A stretch of DNA of 64,000 nucleotides, taken from assembly GCF_009914755.1 (NCBI RefSeq), contig NC_060929.1. One strand, given 5' to 3'. Each line of letters starts with the position of its first letter. Positions within the stretch are counted from its first letter, which is position 1. Below, one piece after another: positions 43,288 through 54,704 of the stretch. The notes under the pieces were generated by a model. The model searched no databases and had not been told where the DNA came from. It saw only the letters and a list, made by a program, of their open reading frames with translations. The stretch comes from the human T2T-CHM13v2.0 reference genome, Homo sapiens. A program made the position numbers and the translations under genes.

Positions 43288-43996
43288 TAAAAAACATTTT
43301 ATCACAAAGCTTGTATTGATACATGGTTTGTAGTTCCCTTTTGTGATATTTCTGACAGGTTTTGTCATCAATGCTATTCCGTATGTGCAAAATAATTTGG
43401 AGGTTTTGCTTCTTTCCTCTACACTTCTGGATGCTTTAAACAGAATGAAGATTTTGAAAACTTTGTTGACTTAAACTGAAAATTTCTGGTCTGGTGGTTT
43501 TTTTAGAATGAATTATTTAATAATTTTTTTCAATTTGTATCTGTAGTTGATCTGTTGAAATTTTGCTATCTCTTTTAGGGTCATTATTGGTCATTCATAT
43601 TTGCCCAGAAATTGTCCCTTTCATACAGGGTTTCAATTCATTTTTCACAGAGAAGAGAGAAATAATAAATTTCCTCTGGGTATTTGTCTATTTCCTCAAC
43701 ACTCTTTCTGATTTTGTGTATTTGTGTTTTGTTCTCATAGTTATTTGAATAGCTAGAGGGTCATCTTTTTTAAAAAAAATTAAAATGAGCTCAAAAATTT
43801 ATTATTTCTCAACCACTTTTCTATTTTCCAAAGTATTCATTTCACTTTATTTTTAAAGTAAATTTTTCTTGTTAATACTGGATTAGGTATGGCAGAAGCA
43901 GGCCTCCACCAAATTTGCCAATTCTTTCTCTGCAGTGACTATTCTCTATTTTATCCCCATGGCCCAATCTAGTCCAGATTCTTATTTCATTAGTAT

Positions 43997-44698
43997 TGTT
44001 AGCAGTGGCAAATCCATACAGGTCTGCAGCAACAATTTTTGCCTCCTCAGAAGAACAAATTCAACCAAAAGGGCATAAGGCAGAGTGAGAAACTGAGGCA
44101 AGTTTTAGAGCAGGAGTGAAAGTTTATTAAAAAGCTTTAGAGCAGGAATGAAAGGAAGTAAAGTACACTTGGAAGAGGACCAAGGGGGTGACTTGAGATT
44201 CAAGTGTGCGGTCTGACATTTGACTTGAGGTTTTACATGTTGGCATGATTCCCGGGTCTTGCATTACTTCTCCCCTGATTCTATCCTTGGGGTGGGCTGT
44301 CCACATGTGCAGTGGCCTGCTGGCACTTGAGAGGGGCCACATTCACTGTGTGTTTAGTGGAGTTGTATGCATGCTCACTTGAGGCCTTCTTCCCTTACCA
44401 GTCAAGTGTTTCTAGAAGAAGGTCATATACCTGTTAAACTCCGCCATTTTGCCTCTAGTGTGCATACTCAAGCCCACTAGCCCAACTCCTGAGATTTTAT
44501 CAGAAAGCCACTGATCACCAGTTTCAGGTTTTTTCTATCTATTGGTAGATTGCCTTTCCCTGGTGCTGGCTGCAACCAATTATTATTTTAGAGAAGCAGT
44601 GTAACAACCGCCTGACCATCACTGATGGCATTCCTGGTGGGGTGGGGGTGGAGCCCTCTCCTGTCCTGCTCATGTCTAACTAGCTACCAACTTTAACA
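43997..44698 (-). mobile_element. Solo ERV1 LTR (MER50-like)
   Basis: TGTTA...TAACA termini; GGGCATAAGGCAGAGTGAGAAACTGAGGCAAGTTTTAGAGCAGGAGTGAAAGTTTATT; TSD GTAT/GTAC. Confidence 0.8.
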
Positions 44699-44984
44699 GT
44701 ACAAATTAGCCACTGCCTGCAAACTCTGCCTTAGGATAGTAAAGAATATTTTAGCAAAAATATGCCTCCTGAAAACACTTGGGGGTTAAGATCAACCCAC
44801 CTAGCCGGTGAATTAAATGGACTAAGTGATGGATATGATAATATTGGCCTATAAGAAGTCTATAAGACCTAGAAGTTCAGGATGATGTTCGTACTACTGC
44901 TGAGTCAGGCAGGAGGTTGTTCACGAGACTTTAGAGCCTTGACATAGGGAGGATTTTAGAGTATAAGGGCCCCCTTACTTTAAT

Positions 44985-45163
44985 CCAGTGCTCACAACTT
45001 TGGCTACACATTAGAATCACCTGGGGAGTTTAGAAAAATCCTGATTCTGAGGCTATACCACAATCCAATTAATCAGAATCTCTAGTGGTGGGACCCAGAC
45101 ACCAGTCTATTTTTATAGCTCCCCAGGTGATTACAGTGTTCAGCCAAGAGTGAGGATAATTAC
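44985..45163. mobile_element. MER5 hAT MITE
   Basis: CACATTAGAATCACCTGGGGAG...AATCAGAATCTCT...GCTCCCCAGGTGATT palindromic core. Confidence 0.8.
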
Positions 45164-45683
45164 TTTCGTCTGCTTCATTATTGGTAGGTACACCTGAGCT
45201 GGCTCTGCCTTCTTCAACTCACACCTGCTGTGCTGTGCACCCCATTCCACCCCACCTCCACCCCAACCCATGTAGCTCAAGATTTTTTGTCAAAGACCCA
45301 AGTAAAAATATTTTTATGTGACCCAGTACATTCAAATGCAAATAAATTTATATTTATAACTGGAACAAAAGTTAAAGAGAAAATCGACCTTACTTTGTAT
45401 AAAGCATTCTGGTGTTTTTTAATTCTACTCTATTTCATTCCAATAAAGATAATAATAATAATCTGGACACAAGCCACTACACAGGTTCCTTGACCACTAA
45501 CTGGTCGTGACCAACAGTTTGAAAACACAGCTCTAGACTCTCTTTTAGGTTACCTTCTCCTCCTGTCTTAGCCCTCTTTATTGGACACTTCTCCACTGAA
45601 GTTTTTGACATCTAACTCTTAGTAATCACAGTAGCCCATTGTTACAAAGGACTTGTTATGCACCAAGTACCTAGTCAACCCAC

Positions 45684-46849
45684 TGTAAGGGAGAAAAAGT
45701 AGTATCTTCTTCTTCCCCATTGCTAGGTTCGTGGCTGAGACCCTGTAAACCAAAAATAAAATTTGAAGTCCCTCAACTTACTGACTGGACCCCCTCTCAG
45801 CCCAGAGGACCCAACTAAACCTGAAAAACTAGTTCAGACCATGCCGGAAAAGTGAGAGACAGACATGCCTCATACTCTCTTTCCTTTGGAGTGCAGGCAC
45901 ACAACTGACCAGCATTAACATTAAAATAGACATCCTAAGACTGATAGAACATGCTGTTTGTGGCAGTAAGATATTAAATTCCAACCTGACTCTAGTGTAC
46001 CATCACATGACAGATAGCAGTGCCATAAAAGAAACCAAAGTATTTTACCCCAAAATATATTTATCTGATATCATTTGAAAAGGCTCTACAATGCCATCTC
46101 TTGTGGGGGAAATTTCCATTCTATAGAGAATTCCCTTTTCTTTGCATATCTTTTTCTGATCCTTTTTCAGCCAATCAAGAGCTGAGAGTCTAGCACCTTT
46201 TAAGGGTATGAATAGGAAACATTTGCCATCTATTGACTCTCGGGGGAGCCACCTGTAAGATGGTCATCTGCATAATAAGAACTTTGGTCTCCACACCCCT
46301 GACCCTAACCCAGACACTTCTTTCTATTGATCCCAGGTCTTTAGATAATAACTTAACTGTTTCAACCAATTGCCAATCAGAAAATCTTTGAAACCACCCA
46401 TTACCGGTAAGGCCCTACCTACCTTCCAATTGTCCTGCCTTTCCAGACAACACCAATGTATGCTTCACCTGTACTGATTGATGTCTTATCTCTCCCTAAA
46501 ATATATAAAACCAAGCTGTAACCCAACCACCTTGGGCACATGTTCTCAGGCTCTCCTGAGACTGTGTCATGGATCATCATCTATAACCTTGGCAAAATAA
46601 ACTTCTAAATTGAGACCTGTCTCAGATACTTTTTGGTTTATATATCCTTAGGAAAAAATACAAATTAGCAAGATAAAAGCATAACAAATTTATTTTATAT
46701 AAGCTTTATGTACCACAGGAGCCTTCAGAAATAAAAACCCAGAGACTCAGGAAAAACTGTGTATCCTTATGGACAGTTGTGCAGAAGTATGATTGGAGTA
46801 CAAAAAGGTATGATCTAATGGTAACAAACTGAGAGGAACTCTAGGCCTG
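45684..46849 (-). mobile_element. 3' half of a MER39/MER34-like LTR (contains nested MER4D-like LTR)
   Basis: Reverse complement reads CAGGCCTAGAGTTCCTCTCAGTTTGTTACCATTAGATCATACC..AATAAA..TTTCTCCCTTACA. Confidence 0.75.
45744..46642 (+). mobile_element. Solo LTR, MER4 group (MER4D-like)
   Basis: TGTAAACCAAAAATAAAAT..CTGAAAAACTAGTTCAG..CTCAGATACTTTTTGGTTTA. Confidence 0.8.
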
Positions 46850-49221
46850 TGATATGGTTTGGCCAGGGATATGGTAGCCAGGGATATGTGTCCCTGGCTA
46901 ATGTTGAATTGTAATCCCGAGTGTTGGAGGTGGGGCCTTATGGGAGGGAGGTGATTGGATCATGACGGTGGTTTCTAATGGTTTAGGACCATCCTCCTAG
47001 TGCTGTCCCATGATAGACTTCTCACAAGATCTGATTGTTTAAAAGTGTGTAGCACCTCCCGCTTCACTCTCTTCCTCCTGCTCCAGCCATATAGGACTTC
47101 CCAGATTCCCCTTCCCCTTCTACCATAATTGTAAGTTTCCAGAGGCCTCTCCAGCCATGCTTCCTGTACAGCCTGAGGAACTTTGAGCCAATTAAAACTA
47201 TTTTCTTTATAAATTACCCAGTCTCAGGTAGTTCTTTATAGCAATACAGAAAATTGGCAGATACCTGAAAATTTGGAAACGACTTTGGAACTGGGTAATG
47301 GACAGAGGTTGGAACAGTTTGGAGGCCTCAAAAGACGACAAAAGTTTGGAACTTCCTAGAGACTTGTTAAATTGTTGTGACCCAAATGCTGGTAGTGATA
47401 TGGACAATGAAGTTCAAGCTGAGGAGGTCTCAGATTGAGATGAGGAACTTATCAGGAACAGGAGCAAAGGTCACTCTTGCTATACTTTAGCAAAGAGACA
47501 GGCAGCATATCCTGCTCTAGGGATATGTGAAACTTTGAACTTAAGAGAGATGATTTAGGGTATCTGGCAGAAAAAATTTCTAAGCAGCAAAGCATTCAAG
47601 AGGTGGCCTGTCTACTTCTAACAGCATATGCTTATATTTGTGAGGAAAGAGGTATTCTGAAACTGAAACTTGTATTTAAAAAGGAAGCAGAGCATAAAAG
47701 TTTGGAAAATTTGCAGCCAGGCCATGTGGTAGAAAGGAAAAATCCATTTTCTGAGGAGGAATTCAAGTTGGCTGCAGAAATTCACACAAGTAAAGAGGAG
47801 CTGAATGTTAGCAGCCAAGACAATGGAGCAAATGCCTCCAAGGCATTTCAGAGACCTTTGTGGCAGCCCCTCCCATCACAGGCCCAGAGGCCTAGGAGGG
47901 AAGAATGGTTTCATGGGCTTGGCCCAGGGCCCTGCTGCTCTGCCCAACCTCAGGACACTGCTCCGTATGTCCCAGCCACATAAGCTCCAGTTGCAGCTAA
48001 AAGGGCCCCACATGTGTCAGGCCGCTGCTCCAGAGGGCATGACCCATAAGTCTTGGCAGCTTTCACATGATGTTAAGCCTGCTGGTGCACAGAGGGCAAG
48101 AGTTGAGGCAGGGAGCCTCTGCCTAGATTTCAGAGGATGTATGGAAATGCCTGTATGTCCAGGCAGAAGTCTGCTGCAGGGGCGCAGCCCTCATGAAGAA
48201 CCTCGGCAAGGGCAGTACAGACAGGAAATGTGGGGTTGGAGCCCCCACACAGAGTCCACACTGGGGCACTGCCTCGTGGAGCTATGAGAAGAGGGCCACA
48301 GCCCTCCAGACCCCAGAATGGTAGATCCACCAACAGCTTGCACTGTGTGCCTGGAGAAGCCACAGGCCCTCAATGGCAGCCTGTGAAAGCAGCCGATGAC
48401 TCTGTATCCTGCAGAGCCACAGGAGCAGAGATGCCCAAGGCCTTGGGAGCCCAGCCCTTGCATCAGTGTTGCTTGGAAGTGAGATATGGAGTCAAAGAAG
48501 ATTATTTTAGAGCTTTAAGATTTAATTACTACCCTGCTGGGTTTCAGACTGCATGGGGCCTGTAGCCCTTTTGTTTTGGATGATTTCTCCCTTTTGGAAT
48601 GGGAACATTTAGCCAATGCCTGTACCCCATTGTCTCTTGGAAATAACTAACTGGTTTTGATTTTACAGGCTCATAGGCAGAAGGGACTTGCTTTATCTCA
48701 GATGAGACTTTGGACTGTGGACTTTTGAGTTAATGCTGGAATGAGTTAAGATTTTGGAAGACTGTTGGGAAGGCATGATTGTCTTTTGAAATGTGAGAAA
48801 GCCATGAGATTTGCGAGGGGCTGGGGGCAGAATGATATGGTTTTGTTCTGTGTCCCCACTCATATTTCATGTTGAATGGTAATCCCCAATGTTGGGGAAA
48901 GGACCTGGTAGAAGGTGATTGGATCACAGGGGTGGATTTCCCCCTTGCTGTTCTTGTGAGAGTGAGTGAGTTCTCACGAGATTTGGTTGTTTGAAAATGT
49001 ATAGCACTTCACCCTTCTCTCTCTCTCTCTCTCTCCCGCCAGCCATGTGAAGACATGCTTGCTTCCCCTTTGCCTTCCACCACGACTATAAGTTTCCTGA
49101 GTCCTCCACAGTTATGCCTCCTGCACAGCCTGTGGAACTGTGAGCCAATTAAACCTCTTTTCTTTATAAACTACCCAGTCTTAATTGGTTATTTATAGCA
49201 GTGCGAGAATGGACTAATACA
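46850..49221 (+). mobile_element. MSTA-type MaLR: LTR (46850-47248), internal, LTR (48833-49221); the two LTRs are discordant
   Basis: TGATATGGTTT starts, ACTAATACA end, typical MaLR internal sequence (TTGGAACTGGGTAATG, AGCAGCAAAGCATTCAAGAGGTG). Confidence 0.9.
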
Positions 49222-49422
49222 GGGGAGTGTTAGGAAGACATGATTGTGTTTTGAAGTGTCAGAAGGACATGAGATTTGGGAGAGGCAGGGGCAGAATAAT
49301 ATGGTTTGGATTTGTGTCCCTGCCCAAATATTATGTCACATTGTAATCCCCAATGTTGGAGGAAGACCTGGTGGGAGGTAATTGGATCAGGAGGATGGAT
49401 ATTTCCCTTGCTGACTAATACA
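49222..49422 (+). mobile_element. Extra MST internal 3' end plus internally deleted mini-LTR
   Basis: GGACATGAGATTTGGGAG..GGCAGAAT then LTR start joined CCCTTGCTG|ACTAATACA. Confidence 0.75.
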
Positions 49423-49566
49423 CATTGTGAATTCATTCTCTTCCCAGGGGACACCATGGAAATAGAAACAAGCAAAGTATAACAGTTTTTTATCCTGGGA
49501 TGGAGACTACATCTTGGAGGAAACAAAAGACCAGAATGAGATTTTCAGATGCTGGGAGAGGACACT

Positions 49567-49732
49567 GATGTTTACATCACAGAATTTGATGTGATGTAAA
49601 CACACATACATCACAGGGTGTGATGTCAACATACATACATCATAGAGTGTGATGTAAACACATATACATGCATACATCATAGGGCATAGGGTATAATGTA
49701 AACACACATACATACATACATACATCATAGAG
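49567..49732. repeat. Minisatellite of about 29-44 bp units containing (CATA)n
   Basis: Repeated TGATGTAAACAC(ACAT)nACATCA(C/T)AG(A/G)G. Confidence 0.75.
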
Positions 49733-49849
49733 CTGCCATAGGGATTAGTGCCTCTTCAGTAGAAATGAGGCTGCTTCCAAAAAAAAAAAATCCACAAGTT
49801 CTTTCATCTTTCTCTCTTCTCTCATTCTCTCCCTCTCACTCTCTTTCTC

Positions 49850-49998
49850 TAAAAGATGGGGTCTTGCTCTGTTACCTAGGTTGGAGTGCAGTGGTGTGAT
49901 CATAGCTCATTGCAGCCTGAAACTCCTGGGCTCCAGCAATCCTCTCACCTTGGTTTCCCAAAGAGCTTGGACTATAGGTGTGCACAACCATGCCTGGC
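49850..49998 (-). mobile_element. Alu monomer (FLAM/FRAM-like) with CT-rich tail
   Basis: GGGTCTTGCTCTGTTACCTAGGTTGGAGTGCAGTGG..CCATGCCTGGC. Confidence 0.7.
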
Positions 49999-50284
49999 TC
50001 TAATCTCTTCACTGGATTTACCGAAGAAAGTGGCTGGATGTGCACTCTCCAGAGGCTTCTTCCAGCTCTAAAGCAAAATATTCTATGAGAAACATGGTGT
50101 TCTAAAGGCTGATCATAAAGAAGTTTGGAATGATGGAAAAATAGACAAAGGGAACTCAGAAAAGTAGGTATTTGTTGAGCATTAACTATGTGCCAGACAT
50201 GCTGCCTCCTGAAAATAGTTAATTTTTAATTTAATAGGTAATAAATAGATATAGATATTTCCCTCAAGGATGTCTGGAAGAATG

Positions 50285-50479
50285 GAATAATGGTTAAGAG
50301 TATGGGCTCTGCTTACCTTCAGCTCCCTGCTATCAGCTTCGTGACTTTAAGCAAATTACTTAGTCTCTCTGTTTATAGACTGCCTCAATATTCTAGTCTG
50401 TAAAGTGGGAAAAGTCATATTCTACTCTCTGGGGTTAGAGTGAGGGCTAGATAAGGTAATTCATATAAAGCAAATGCAG
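50285..50479 (+). mobile_element. MIR (its 3' end appears inverted at about 45620-45683)
   Basis: TGGTTAAGAGTATGGGCTCTG, GTGACTTTAAGCAAATTACTTA, TCTGTAAAGTGGGA. Confidence 0.7.
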
Positions 50480-50727
50480 TGTCAGGGCTCAGAACATGAT
50501 ACTTCAAAATATGGCACCTTGGTCTACTGAGCATTGTAAGCTGAAGGAAGCTGAGAAAACAACAGAAGCAGGAAGGTTACTCTTTGACCTTCTTCTGCAT
50601 TTCTTCCCTGAAGAAGGCCATAAAAGAATTTTCTCACTAATGTCACCTGAACGTAGTTTGTTAGACCCTCACTCCAGAGGTATACTGCTCTATACCCAGA
50701 GATCAAAAAGAATCTGTACAAACAGGC
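50480..50727 (+). mobile_element. 5' half of the MER39/MER34-like LTR
   Basis: TGTCAGGGCTCAGAACATGATACTTCAAAATATGGC...AAGAATCTGTACAAACAGGC. Confidence 0.75.
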
Positions 50728-51614
50728 TGTATTGGTCTGTTCTCAAATTGCTATAAACAACTACCTGAAAGAAGGTAGTTTATATATAGGAAAGAGATTT
50801 AATTGGCTCATGGTTCTGCAGGTTGTAGAGGAAGCATGGCTAATGATCCCCCAGGAAACTTATAGTCACGGCAGAAGGTGAAGAAGAAGCTGGCACATCC
50901 TACATGGCTAGAGCAGGAGGAAGAGAGCAAAGGGGGAGGTGCTACATACTTTTAAACAACCAGATCTTGTGAGAACTCTTATCACAAGAAAGCACTAGGG
51001 GGATGGTGCTAAACCAATAGGAACCACCCCCATGATCCAATCACCCTCCACCAGGTCCTTTCCCTAATACTGGGGATTACAATTCAACATGAAATATGAG
51101 TGGGGACACAGAAAAAAACCATATCATTCTGCCCCTGGCCCCTCCTAAATCTCATGTGTTTCTCACATTTCAAAAGACAATCATGCCTTCCCAATAGTCT
51201 CCCAAAATCTTAACTCATTCCAACATTAACTCAAAAGTCTACAGTCCAAAGTCTCATCTGAAACAAAGCAAGTCCCTTCTGTCTAGGAGCCTGTAAAATC
51301 AAAACCAGTTAGTTACTTCCAAGATATTTACAATTTCCAAGTTTTGAAAAAACCTTACAATTATGGTAGAAGGGGAAGGGGAACCTGGCAAATCCTACAT
51401 GGCTGGAGCAGGAGGAAGAAAGTAAAGGAGGAGGTGCTACACTCTTAAACAACCAGGTCTTGTGAGAACTCTATCATGGGACAGCACTACGGGGATGGCT
51501 AAACCATTAGAAACCACCTTATGATCCAATCACTTCCCACCAGACCCCTCTTCCAACACTGGGGATACAATTCTATGTGAGATTCAAGCAGGGACACAGA
51601 GCCAAACCATATCA
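50728..51614 (-). mobile_element. MSTA-type MaLR, inverted: 3' LTR 50728-51126, internal stub 51127-51326, partial 5' LTR 51354-51614
   Basis: TGTATTGGTC and AAACCATATCA termini; most of the internal region deleted. Confidence 0.88.
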
Positions 51615-51695
51615 TTTGTGACTGTGAAGTCACAAACCCCATTCTAGGCATGGATGTTCGAGCCCGCATCTTAAAATTCCACCTATTAGCTTCCC

Positions 51696-51722
51696 TTTTT
51701 TTTTTTTTTTTTTTTTTTTTTT
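51696..51722. repeat. Poly-T tract
   Basis: About 27 consecutive T. Confidence 0.9.
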
Positions 51723-53357
51723 GCCTAAACTGTGACTTTTGTTTAAACCTTGAGAGTTGATATCAGCCATTTACACATATGGCTGGATAAAGGACACAAG
51801 AGCGAAATTTGATTTAAGAAGAGATTTAGAGATAAAACAGTATCACTAAGGTAGGTGAAAGGAAATACAACATAACACAAGGACATGCCATGTTTAGAAA
51901 CCAACTTACCCAGGGTATATTCTGCCTTCAGACACTTGCCCTGTTTACATCATCCTGCTCTGTTTCAGGCTCACTCACACATAGGTAGGTGCTGCAGGAG
52001 AAATCCTCTGATTCTGTGTGGCTACTATATATCCCTGCTAGTATTCTGCAGTCTGTCCATCCAGGTTCTAGGTAAATGTCCTTTGTTTTTCTTTTTTGTG
52101 CTGTCTCAGTGACAGCAAGGGGCAGTATGCAGAAGCTGCCTCCATTTTACGTCACAGCAGATGTTTCTTTAACACCTACTATGATTAGATCATGGTGCTA
52201 GGGCAGAGAGGATAAATCATGATCTAGGCCTGGCATCACCTTTAGGATCCAATCCATGGATCAGCTCACTGCGAAGTCTAAATATTGCTAATCTATAGAC
52301 TAATATCAGAAACATAGGAAGAGATTTTTATCTGTAAAGATATTTATACTTTCTGCTGGTAATTTTCATGGTATGAAATACAGAAATAATCATTTTACAA
52401 AGGCCATGGTGTCTTTTATATTTCTCTCCTATGTCTCAAGACTGAGAAGATTTAGTCTTTAACATGAAATAAATATCAGAATCAGTTAAATAAACATAAA
52501 ACAGTAATCAAATGAATACATTTTGTTAACTGGAAAAATCCATTGAATATGACTTATTAAAATCCCTTTATGATACTTGAAAAATGCTGAATGAAAATTA
52601 CTATTTTTGAATAAAGACTTTCTAGTGTAAAGAGATTGAAAAAAATGAAATGTGAGATTCCATGAGAACGTCTGCACATTCACACTCACTGTGAAGTGCA
52701 CTGGGCTTTTTTGCTCTTTGGTTTCTTAGCTCTTTGGGGCTGTTTTTAACCACCAGCTCTTTTCTTTTCCTTTTCCTATCAAATCAAAGGGTGAAATGAA
52801 TGTCAAGGCAGGTTTTATTGCCTCTCTCCTAGTGGATTTGCTGCTCTGAGAATAATATCCTCACCTGGCTGAAGGAAGACAGACCTAGGCTGGACAAGAA
52901 CGGGTCCCCTAAGACTCCTCCCAACTGACCAGGGATTGCTCCTGGCCTGGACCATTCGTAGTCTTTCTTTGGAATCAGCTAAACCCATTGGGCAGGTCAG
53001 GAGTGCAGAACACTCCAGATAAAGGTAAGAGAGGAAGAGGGAAGGGACTCAAGTGATTGGAGTCAGTGTTTCTATTTCCCAAACTAGGCCAGTGAATATC
53101 CAGAAGGCAGGGACTGTGTTCTTTGATTCCCCAGTGAACACCACAGTGTCTAATGCATAGTAGGTGGATGTCTAATGCATAGATATTGAATGACTGCTTA
53201 ATTAAATGAAATAATTAGTACACCATGTGGTTATGTTGCTCAGGGCATAGATTTCATTTTTGTGTGTGTGTATATCTAAAGGGCATAAACTTTCCTTCTA
53301 TTTAAATTAATTAAGAACAATTTTATGAATAAATCCTTTTATAGGTAAACTATTTTG

Positions 53358-53527
53358 CTAGGAGAGAGGGAAGGGGGCAAAGGCTGATAAACTTCCTATT
53401 GGGTACTATGTTCACTATCTGGGTGATGGGATCAACGGAAACCCAAACCTCAGCATCACACAATATGCCCTTGTAAAAAACCTGCATATGTAACCCAAAT
53501 CTAAAATTAAAATAAGTAAAAAGAAAC
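53358..53527 (+). mobile_element. Short L1PA15/16-like 3' end
   Basis: CCTATTGGGTACTATGTTCACTATCTGGGTGATGGGATC..CCAAACCTCAGCATCACACAATAT. Confidence 0.75.
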
Positions 53528-54146
53528 AAGTGAGAAAAAGTTAAAGTACTTTGTAGATGACATGATGCTGTGGGAGGAAATTTTACATATTGAGAGTTTT
53601 TTGACATTGACAAAATAAAATAAACTAAATATAAATTTACCAGCCAATGGGAAAAAAGAAACCAATGACAATCAAAGAGATATTTGCCTCAGGGTTCTCT
53701 CAGTTTGTCTTACCCTGAACTCCAACCCCATCAACCTCCTGGTGAATGGCCCTCCCCTTAGTGCAAAATCTAGAGGATAAAACCCAGTTTCCTCTCCTTT
53801 CTGTGATACTCCAGGGGCATTTCTGAGCCCCAAATAAGTCTTTGATGTCTTCCTAGCAGCCCTCTAAGCAGACAGAGAATGGTATTAACAATGACCACTG
53901 CCTTGAACCAGCAGCTAACCCTCCTCCAACAAGAACATACATGGGCTTCTCCAGTGTGGCAGCAGCTATATCCACAGCTGATCAATACCCCACCACTGTC
54001 AGTCCCACTCACGGTGGGCTTGTCTACCTAATAATTGCTATCTCCTGTCCCTTTGTTCTTGCTATCAGGACTCCACTTTTATTGGATAGGGTTCACTCTA
54101 CCATGTGTTCAAGGTGACTCTGGGGTGGCTGTTAATTAGTCTAAGC

Positions 54147-54704
54147 CAAAGTTTGGCAAACTTTTTTAAAAATAAATTTTATTATAATATTAAAATATTC
54201 TGGAAATATTTCCAGTTTTGTGGTCCAGATAGTCTTTGTCACAATTATTCAACTCTATGCTGTTGTAGTATAAAATTAGCTGTAGACAATATGTAGACAA
54301 TTGAGTGTGGTTGTGTCCCAATAAAACTTTATTTACAAACATAGGCAGCTGGGCAGGCACAGTGGCTCATGCCTGTAATCTCAATGCTTTGGGAGGCAGA
54401 GGTGGGAGGATCACTTGAGCCCAGAAGTGAAAGCCAGCCTGGGCAACATAGTGAGACCTCATCTCTACTGAAAAGAAAAAAAAAAAATTGCCAGGTGTGG
54501 TCACATGTACCTGAAGTCCCAGCTACTCAGGAGGCTGAGGTGGGAGCATCACGTGAGCCTGGGAAGTTGAGGCTACAGTGAGCCATGTTCACACTACTGC
54601 ACTCCATTCAGCCTGAGCAACAGAGTGAGACTCTGTCTAAAAAACAAAACAAAAACAGGCAGCAGGATAGATTTGACCCAGATGCTGTAATTAGTTTACT
54701 CATG
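54147..54704 (+). mobile_element. MER58A hAT transposon (split by Alu)
   Basis: TTGGCAAACTTTTT..CCAATAAAACTTTATTTACAAA; exact 8-bp TSD GTCTAAGC (54139 / 54705). Confidence 0.85.
54350..54651 (+). mobile_element. AluJ
   Basis: GGAGGATCACTTGAGCCCAG, GGGCAACATAGTGAGACC; approximate TSD AAA(C/A)A(T/C)AGGCAGC. Confidence 0.85.

Larger units (their letters stand above)
42650..43870 (-). mobile_element. Old L1M fragment(s) with nested Alu and THE1 pieces
   Basis: Antisense ORF2-like LLPYTRVNSTWAKNLDIINRTINLIEENI. Confidence 0.55.

Noticed and set aside
47603-48565. Overlapping ORFs of 77-160 aa
   Set aside because: Decayed MaLR internal region; no intact frame
49567-49732. Repeat-spacer array resembling CRISPR
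   Set aside because: Primate DNA, spacers are low-complexity CATA repeats, no cas genes
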